64,000 nt of DNA from Trichoplax adhaerens. Its lineage: Eukaryota > Animalia > Placozoa. Shown here one piece after another: positions 54,221 through 64,000 of this stretch; position 1 is the first letter of the stretch; each line of letters opens with the position of its first letter. A program made the translations under genes and the position numbers. The stretch spans positions 8,944,011-9,008,010 of the forward strand of contig NW_002060945.1 in NCBI RefSeq assembly GCF_000150275.1. The letters are read 5' to 3'. The notes under the pieces are model-generated. The model saw only the letters and a list, made by a program, of their open reading frames with translations. It was not told where the DNA came from and ran no database searches.

Positions 54221-55719
54221 CAACAGTCTTGGTTGGGTAATAATTGCAAAGAATATAAAAGCATGAGCGATTCTACTTGCTCATTTGATTGCTAACTTTT
54301 TCAAATGCTATTGTTAGTATTTTTCTGCTCTTATTAGCTTATTATGAATGGAGAGTGGATCATACTAATTTCCTTGAAATATTATTTGTTCTTATTCAGA
54401 TATAAAATCATGCCCACTGTTTAAGTTACCGGTGCTCTTTTTCAAATTTTTAATTAATGGATTGATTAAATATATTATTACATCCCTTCATAGTATTATT
54501 GATTGATTTGTTCAATTCCTGCTATTCAAGTACAGTATACCACCTTACAGTGTATTCTTATGCAAAATAGTGGAATTTACCCTAAAATAAGAATAGAAGA
54601 ATTTTATATCCATATCAGCTAGGAAAAGCGTCATAATTTACTTATACTATACTTGAACGCGGAAGAATTGTATGGTAACAGAGTCTTTCTAGCTATAAAA
54701 AGCCTATTCTAATTGATAGGCTGGTTTATTGCGCTATTGGACCCCTTAATCAATCAGTAGCAATGATTATCTTCCAACCCATTTTCTAGCGAAGTAAAAA
54801 GCAATAATCTAAATTACAAGTTGCATATTCTCGATTTTAGTACCGGGTATATGAAGAAAGCAATAAAGATATAAATCTTCTGTCGTAGATGCATATCGCA
54901 TATGTACGTAGATTTATATGAGTACTAGTCGCTGATTAGAAATAGACCGTTAACGTCGATTTAAATTTGTACCAATATCCTCTAGGAAAAATTTTTCATC
55001 GTTGATTCTTAGTCTATTATTGGTATGGCTTGATTATACAGTAACCTATTTATTAATAATAATACTAGCCCATAAGTAAATTAAGTTTGATTTAGGAGAA
55101 AAAATTACGTACAATTAAATGATTACGATGATGTAAGAGTTAATGGACGAAATACGAAATAGTCTTTTATCGATTCCCATATGCAGAATTTTAAGTTCAA
55201 CAACGAATTTAATCTTTTGACTATTGCCATACCTTCTTACTACAATTCTAATCTTTCCAATTCAATATTACCTAGATACTTTTCTCGATCAATAGTACAA
55301 GTTCTGACAAACTGAACACTGACCCATTCTAATTAATGGTGGCAGTCTTTGACTTATACAAATACTGCACGTGCACTATTTATAAATTATTTTTGTCTAC
55401 CACCCACCATAATCTATCTAATCGATAGGGCACTCAAGCACAATGTAGTATAGCAAGTGTTTTTATCAAGGTGATTTATTTCAGAGAAAGATTGAGATAG
55501 GTTTGATTTAAAGTACTTCTTGAAGCCTATTTGTTAACAATATCAAACAACTCATGCATTATAAACAGAGCTGTCAACATGGGATAGGAGAACCTACCGC
55601 TCTATTTTTATATTTTTCTCTACTTTGAATGATTTTTTCATGACAACCGTCATTATCTATTTTAAAGAGAACTAAATGGATTACTACATAGTATAAACTG
55701 TGGATGTTGAAACGATTAG

Positions 55720-56042
55720 ACATATCCGCCATGTCAGTTAGGGACAATTTTAATGAATAAATTTTTAATCATGATATAGATTATCATGGCTTACAATAGT
55801 GCAAGACGATATAGAGCTTTAGAAGTCTATGATACTGGAGATTCTAAAAAAGTAAATTTATCGTTGATATACTATATGGCTTTAATTGATTGAACATAAC
55901 CGCCTTCTTCGTTAGGGGTAATTTTAACGGATAAATTTTAATCACGACATTGAATAGATTATCACGAAGTACCATAGTAGAAGACGATATAGAGCTTTAT
56001 AAGTTTATGATACTGGAGACTATAAAAAAGTGAATTTATCAT
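55720..56042. repeat. ~180-bp tandem duplication
   Basis: GTTAGGG..AATTTTAA..ATAAATTTTTAATCA...AAGACGATATAGAGCTTTA..TATGATACTGGAGA..AATTTATC occurs twice. Confidence 0.85.
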
Positions 56043-59000
56043 ATCATTTATTGTTAATCACTGCTACACTATGATCCATTTTCCATTTGCGATAGAAAAT
56101 AATTAAAAGTATGTAATTCACATCTTATTATATTATGTACTCTGTATTTATGGATTTAATATAAACCTTTCCCTTTCATTTTAAAATATTATTAAAAGCA
56201 TTATTGCTTCACTTTAAAGTTAGATGCGATATTTATACTAGCTGTAATATAGCTAAATATCCCTTATTGCGTAGAACAGGGATTGGATAATACCTACGAC
56301 TAATCTTCTTCATTCTATCTCGATACTGTCAAGATTATTATAAATAGTACAATCACCATCATGGTTGCTTTCATCCTTTTAGTACATGCATGACAGAAAT
56401 GATCAGAATATTCATTGAAAAGTTAATATAGATGCTATCCATATCTGTCCTTACAAATGAATTTAATTTGGACGTATTCCGTTAATTAATTTTTTCAATG
56501 AATGAAATTATTCCGGACAATTTTGCCTACTATTAACTACTCATGCAGTACCGATGATAGAAATGTATCCTCTCGTTTAATCTTGTACATCATTGACATT
56601 AGGAAGGTAACGTAAGATAGAATGACATAAATTGATCTTCTGAGGGAAGGTAGGGAGCAAATCGGATATAGCCCTGATTAAAATTAGACTTTATTGTGAT
56701 TTGATGCATGGATTGAATTTAATTACAATTTTTATGCTTACCATCTTCGATTAAAGCGCATCTATTAGTCAAGACGAGATAGAAGACTATTTTAGGATAA
56801 TATTTACTGGTGAATATTTTAGATCAAAAACTTTGTTGGCCCGACAGAATGGAATGAAGCCTTCAGCAGGAAAGCAGTATAAAGGAGAAAAGATTATGCC
56901 TTTTATTAGCACGTGAATAGTCTACATCTAGTATACCAATTTTATCCGATCATATAGAATAGAACAAACTATCCAGGAAGATTAAAATCATCGTCTTGCC
57001 CCTTTTTAAAGTCACGCTTTACTAACACAATAATATAGCATTTTTCCCAAGCAAAGATCCATCTTAAATATAAACTGATTACACTCAAATGGAATAATCT
57101 AGTGCTTTATTTGATATCAATTACAGACAAAAGAATATAACTTTAAGCTGTACCAAAGATCAATAATAACTTAAAATACAGTTGAAAATTTAAAAAATGT
57201 ATCATTTCATCTGTATAAAAATAGAAATTAGCTAAACAAATGAATGTCTTTTCAATGACAGTAACTTAAAAATTAAAGTATTCTATGGTTAAGCCAAATT
57301 AAATCATATCATCGTGTCACACACCACTAGTGACAAAGTAGTCTACACACGCCAATCCTTGCGTAGAACGCCACTTACTAACTTAAAGAGGCGAGATTAG
57401 CTATGTCACCAAATAATTCAGTTCCAATAACCGAATACTATGGTATAATAATAATTAGGACGAGCTTACGCATCGTAACACATCGTTACCAGTTTTATAC
57501 TATATCTTCGAAACATTATAGAAAAAAATTAGCCATTTAGCTGGCACGCAATAGTATACTAAAGTTGGTTCTATTCGATTAATTTGAAAAAAGGGTAAAA
57601 AATAATAAACCGTAGAATTTTTATTGCTGCCTAAAGTAATATTAGTTGATCAGTGTACCTTCAATTTACCGTAGCATTATATCTAGTCTAGAGTGCTCTA
57701 GTTAATATCAAGATTTAAGAGTCCATTTGGGCCGAGTCTTTCTTCCACAAAGCATATAATAACTACCTATTTGAATATATGGATAGATCGCGCATATACC
57801 AATGTGGTGTTTTAATATCTGCATATTTTGTTACATAATATTCTACTTACACCATAGTTAATTCACTTTTACCCCGAAAATAGACTCTGTTGCTATATCT
57901 AGATTGAAATATTTACTATCCATTTGTTTATAATAAATTTAGAGAATGACTTAAGAGCATTACTTTTGCGTTAAAAATTTGCATTATCAATTCTGGGAGC
58001 AAGTTGGATTAAGTTGGCCGTTTCTCCGATCTATTCCTTCTTCCTGTTTTAACTTTAGATTTTATTTCGTTCCTCCAAAGATGAGGAATACATTATATTT
58101 ATATGTATCAGCGATGAAAGGGTAACTTATAATTACTAATTAAAGTATTTTTTTACTCTATCAGTGAATTCTATACTATTCTTATAAATCAACAACATTA
58201 TACTTTACATCAATCTACAGTATTGATGATTTATAAATACCTATATTCAAAATTTTTCTTCTCTCCCTCGATAGAAGAGGCAATAATGGAAAGATATTCT
58301 AAGCAGCAGTAAAAGGGTATCGTTATTGATGTCAAATGGCTTAACTTTCATTAGTTACTATGCTTATTTCATGGTTATAATGCGGTAAACAATTATTACA
58401 AAGATACAATTGGGGTTGCTGTGAGGAAGATAGTCTTTGTTAGTAATAATCTGTGCTGGCAGTAAACTTGGATAGCTTGGAAGATTTCTTTTACACATTG
58501 CTTTTCCATCTTAAATCTTTTTTTATCATTCATAGCCTAATCAATTAAGATGATGCAAATGTAGGACTATCCGTGTCATGGTTTTACATAATATAATTCT
58601 TTATTTCAAGTTCATACTATTGGCAAGAGTGAAACACATCTATTAATTTTCTTACTGCGATAACATTCGAGTCGAAAGCATTCAATCTTGAAGAATTAAT
58701 GCAATTAAACCATTGAAAGAACTAACCCTATTTGTTCTTGGCTACAAACTTTTGATATATAAAAATAGAATCATAACAGATTACTGAAAACGGGTCAAAA
58801 AATAATATTTACTTCTGCTTTCTCCCGTTACCGTGCTTCCTTGCTCCGCTATTATTTTCATGAAACCCCCTACCTTTAAAGCTGTGAATAAATAGCTATA
58901 GATGATGATAAATAGCGTATAACCAGTGTAAGCTAAAAAGAAAGTAAAGTTATTGTTAATTTAGTCAACTCTATAATACTCACAGATATAATATTAGCGA

Positions 59001-59399
59001 TCATTTTGATGGAGTGAATTCATTTATTATTAACCATAATCATTTGAAATACACAAACTTGTAGTCATAATAGAACAAGTAAGGAGGAAAAAGGATAAAC
59101 GGGATGTTTACTGTTTACTTCTTATTCTTCGAATACAGTTACTTGTTTCCCTGGCGTTTTTCTTAACTTGCTAGCTTTAGAAACATCCTTGCTAGTGAGT
59201 ATATAAAGATACATATGGGATAGGACTAGTACTTTATAACGTCGAGGAGAGAGAAGATCTTTGCTTATTTGGTTAATTCCTTGCTTCGTCAAAAACTGGT
59301 ATAGATCAATAAGCAACGCATGTAAGACAAATGATAACTTTTAGGAATAGACAGCCATGATGACAGTATTTTACTCTCTTGAATATAAACATGATTGTT

Positions 59400-60370
59400 A
59401 TTGAGGTCAGATTTTACAACGCCAGTTTTGAGATTATTTTGGGTAGAAAATAGCTAGCCCATAAAGTTTGCACTTATTCTACTTTAGCTCAATAAATATC
59501 CATGATATACTGATATACGTCTACTTTAATAGCTAATTTCTATATGTTAGATTTGAATTGTCAATTTCGACATTATTAGAGTAGAAAGGCTAACCCATCA
59601 CGTTTTCATTTTTTGTTTTAGCTTAACAATTGTCTATCCTGTAGGTGATATTTATCTTAATGATCGTATCTGTGCATTCTATTTTAAATGTAAATTTTGG
59701 TATAATTTTACTTCATTAAGGCTACTGCACAAAATTTCCATTTTATTTTTGGCCGCAGAAAAGTATATGATATAGTCTTCTACTTTAATGGCAATATTTG
59801 CCTATTTTAAAATGTAAATTTGACATTATTTTACGTAAATAGCGGTTACCCTACCCCATCAAATTTCCAATCGATGTTTGGTTAAACCAATATTCACCTA
59901 TTTTGACATGTAAATTGGATATTTTTTTGGCTTAAAATAGTAGCTACTCATCAAGTTTTGCTTTTACCTTTGGCTTCAGTAATATTCCACTATCTTAAAA
60001 TTTATATTCGACATTTATTTTGTGTAAGTAGCTGTTACCCCTTTGAGTTTCTCTTTTTATTTTTAGCTCCAGCAATATTCGCCTGTTGAAAATGTAAATT
60101 TGATATTATTTTTTGGTAATATTGGTTACTTATCAAGTTTCCTTTTTTACTTTTAGCTCTAGCAATATTCGCCTATTTAAAATGTAAATTTGATATTATT
60201 TTGAATCAATAGCAGCTAGCCCATCAAGGTTCCTTTTTATTTTTAGCTCAAGATATAGACATGATGTCGGTAACTACCCTTGCACGAATATCCCTCCAAT
60301 TTTTGACAATAATTTTGAATAGTAAACGGATACCGTATAAAATTTTCAATTTAGTTTTAGCTCAAGACAG
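59400..60370. repeat. Degenerate ~120-bp tandem repeat array
   Basis: Recurring AAATGTAAATTTGA(T/C)ATTATTTT...TAGC..CCCATCAAGTTTCC..TTTTAGCTC..GCAATATTCGCCT units. Confidence 0.75.
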
Positions 60371-62859
60371 ATACAGATAGATATCCATTACGTGCAAGCC
60401 TACCGCTACAATAAGATTTATAGGTTAGGCTAGTGGATTCATAAATAAAATAGTTGGCAAGAAATTCTCATGGGATCGATAGTGATAGAAGTGAAGGAAA
60501 TGCATAGGTTACTCCATGTTGATCCTTTTTAAATTGGATTTTAGCCTGTTCTATACGGCTAATCCTATATGCATATTTCGGGGTAGTTGTTCTTGTGGTG
60601 TGCAATGCTTTCTTAACTCTATTTTAGTCTATCCATTTGAGTCCAATTAATTGATGGCAAAAGTTTGGAGAACTTCTTCTCTGTTTACTTGACTAGTGGT
60701 ATCTGCACACTCCTATCGGACTGAGTGGAAAATAGTTAAGTAATCAAAACTGAAATTGAATGAAATTTTCCAAGGTTAATGTGACATATTGATTAATTAG
60801 TGGTAAAGGATAGGCGTAAAATACACTCTACTGTCTACCCATGAATAGGTTTGAAACATATTTTACGCTAGGAGATCTATTTACTACTGTATTTTAAAAC
60901 AATATTTCCATCATTTATTGATTGCTACGATAGAGATTCAATTCATATCAGCCTCAATGATTGGGTGGGGAAAATAGTAGAGTCTAAAAAATAAACAAAT
61001 TCTTATTTCTTTTCTACCCAGTATATGAAAGGGAAAAAATTGAAATAGAGAGAAAAAAACAATGTCTTCTGATGGACTTTGTTATAATCGTATTCTATTA
61101 TAGCAATCAAATAGAAAATAAAAAATTGAACTGAATTCATAGTTTAAGCAGAACAATTCGCTTTGAAAATTCATGTTTAAAGTAGACATTATCCATTCAA
61201 TACCTATGGAAAATGTTGGCGGTCGAAATTAGTCGCCATTAGCGATGTTCTGCTGTTGCGAGCTTGTCCATTTTTTGCTTATCATGATAGCATTACTCTA
61301 TCTATAATCCAGGCAATATTATTTCTATCCCATTGACTAAATTTCCAAATAAGATATTGTTACCAACGCTATTTCTATCGATTACTTTCCTCCCCTTTCC
61401 TTCTATCCCATCGTGGGATAAAATCGTTCTTGAAAAATGGTTTATGACTGGCTGCAGTCAGTAAGGATTTAGATATACTTTACAGCAATTGAATTATATC
61501 ACCATGACGAACAAAATGGTGCATCCTAATAGAACATGAAGTTAATCGATTTACGCAAGATTCTCATGGTTGTATCTACATAGAATACAATTAGAGTAAC
61601 ATTAATTATGCTGCTATATTGAATATTTCATGCATCAATTATTCTGTTAGAATTTATTGGTTGTTTTGCTACGATAGCCGGATAATTTATTATTTGTATA
61701 TTGTCTCTATAATTTGTCTCTTCTTATATAATCATCATGTAAAAATATCAATTTACATCTGATAAAAAAAGCTTTTCAACTCCATTGAGTGGGATTTTCC
61801 TTCCCCTTTAAAAAACCATGACTGTTATATGATGGTCATTAGCTAAGTAAAATATTGTGTCATGAATCATTGGTGGATTATTGCACCATCATTGAGTGGG
61901 CTGACTGACAGGACTTGAAAATATTAACTAGGTGATAAATAATGATTGATTGATCTTACTAATACCTGATCATTCAACATTTCTACCCTTATTTTAAGTC
62001 TCAAGATTTAGTTTGGGTTTAAATGGATAACAACAGAAACAGGGATGGAGCGACAGGATTTTTTGAATACAAATGTTAGCTAGGTCATGAATTATTCAAT
62101 TCCTTGACTAATACCTAATCTATCAAGATTATTTTCATGGTATCATTGGATTATTGAGTTGGTTAAAGTGAATGCCAAAGAATAATTAATTCAACAAGCA
62201 TCTTTATACCATAGAGTAGATTTATCGATGAATAGGATGATCTTGTACTTGAATAGCAGGAGAAAAATACAATTTAAAAACAACGATACAATCGTCAATA
62301 CCATCCAGATCTGCTCCATATTTATAATGATCTTTTTTCAGCTATTTATTGTTGCTTTTATTGATGTATATAGACATGGTAAGAAATAGTGGATAGTTGA
62401 TTATAATTATCATCTTTTAACAAATATCATTATTGACATAAAAAATTGTCTGCCATACGGACAGTCATGGTGTTATGATTTGGATGTCAATATGATCTCT
62501 TGACGAAGATAGAATTTGGCAATTTCACTCTTCCATCAAAAAAGTGGAAGACTATTTGCAATAACACTAGAATGCTAGGAGATATTTTCCATCTTGAGGG
62601 TGATTATCAACGTCATTAAACTTAATCAATCGCTGAAGATAGGGATCAAGATACCGCTAGATGGATAGATGAGGGATGATGGCTCTATTTTGAGTGCTAA
62701 AAATCGTGATAGAATAGCGTAGGAAATTCAAAATAATAAATGGTAAAAAATGTTATCGTAATCTTTCATTCTTATGTAGTAGGATAGGGGTAGAAGAATT
62801 GATTTTCGGTTTGCTTGTACAATTATGGTAGGATAGGATACCCAATTAGAAGATCAACT

Positions 62860-63375
62860 TGATAAATTAGGAAAGCTTGTTCAGTATCTCTCATCAAGTA
62901 GGGAGTTGAAGGAAGAATATCTTCTCATGCTTAAACATCTCTTTTCGATTAAGGCATTGATAGGAGAATCAGATTCCCTTCTTCAGATTCCCCTGCAATA
63001 ACTATTGATAAGTTGTAAACATGAAAGATAATTTCTCATCCTGTAGCATAGGACTGAAAGAATTTATTTTTGTTTCTAGCTTACTTAAACATCTCCTATC
63101 GAGTAAGGCATTGATAAGAGAATCAGATTCCCTTGCAATAACTATTGATAAGTAGTAAACATTAAAGACAATTTCTCATGTAGTAGAATAGGAGTAAAAG
63201 AATTTAATTTATTTGCATACTGTATAGCTAGCTCGACCTCGCCCTATCGAATACGTCGTTGATAGGCGAATAGATTCTCACACAATTATAATATTAGACC
63301 ATTAATAAATTGTTAAACACTAAAGAATATTTCTCATCCAGTAGAATGAACGTGAAAGAATTGATTTTTATTTTA
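62860..63375. repeat. Degenerate ~150-185-bp tandem repeat
   Basis: CTTAAACATCTC..TCGA.TAAGGCATTGATA.GAGAATCAGATTCCC..GCAATAACTATTGATAAGT.GTAAACAT.AAAGA.AATTTCTCAT occurs in 2-3 copies. Confidence 0.8.
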
Positions 63376-63780
63376 CTCATTCAATCATGACCAGATAGAA
63401 TAAAACCTTTTAGCTTGTTCACTATCGATCAAGTAGAACGTTGATGGAAGAATATGTTCCGTCATGACCATGTTCAAAAGATACGGAGGCTAATAATCAA
63501 TCATTGCATACTATTTTTTATTAATTGCCATTCTTATCTTAGCCTATTTAATATTGGTGTAGTAGAATCTTGATCGAATTTGATGTACTTCTATTTATCG
63601 AGGTATTACCCTATACTAAATTGACACAATAAATCCATTCTTAGCTAAGCCTAGGTAATATTAATGGAATAGAATTTAGACAGAGCTCTATATACTCCTA
63701 TTTGTCAAGGTATACACTAGATCGATAAGCTTATCAATCCTTAAGCTGGAAATTAATCATGCCTTCACAAGTAGACTCAA

Positions 63781-64000
63781 TCAATCAATCCAACATCTCT
63801 TTGGGAACCAACTCCAATTTCTATTACTTTTATTAAATAAGCTGTCATCATTATAATTATTGACAGTTGGTAAAGTCAAATAGGATCTTCCTTGTATGTT
63901 ATGATCATTGTAGCTAAATAAATGGAATCCTGATTCATATAGTCGATATAGTATAGTTTTAGCTTGGAATAACGAAGATAAATCCGTTACTATCAAGAAA
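63781..64000 (-). CDS. Probable 3' terminal exon of a gene entering from the right edge; possibly Methyltransf_22/METTL24-like
   Basis: The frame is open from the window edge to a stop at 63781. LYRLYESGFHLFSY..SYLTLPTVN loosely resembles the METTL24 C-terminus (LLKELEQKDFRLFHSY..SCYTLSWVN). By-eye similarity only. Confidence 0.4.
   Translation of the reverse strand, partial: FLIVTDLSSLFQAKTILYRLYESGFHLFSYNDHNIQGRSYLTLPTVNNYNDDSLFNKSNRNWSWFPKRCWID

Noticed and set aside
1-64000. tRNA, rRNA or snRNA genes and transposase/RT ORFs
   Set aside because: None recognised by eye; tRNAscan-SE, Infernal and RepeatMasker would be needed to exclude them formally.

Overview
AT-rich, intron-rich eukaryotic (animal) DNA. 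Compact introns, the gene content and pervasive TACTG/CAGTA motifs suggest a placozoan such as Trichoplax; this is inference only. Splicing exons by hand gives, left to right: exon 1 of an ERG/KCNH K+ channel running off the left edge (minus, not in the ORF track); EAF (ELL-associated factor, minus, 7 exons); MSL1 (plus, 8 exons); an intronless FBXO48-like gene (minus); a complete second ERG/KCNH channel (minus, 10 exons); and bifunctional CoA synthase COASY (plus). About 23 kb without recognisable coding sequence follows, then a 3' gene fragment at the right edge. The most striking item is seven further small in-frame exons after the canonical end of COASY. They encode a ~173-aa extension resembling a degenerate COG4339-type HD domain, and the short form's stop codon lies inside the splice donor. 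Several minisatellite arrays and TACTG/CAGTA clusters sit at gene 5' ends. Most ORF-track entries are repeat-derived or chance ORFs.
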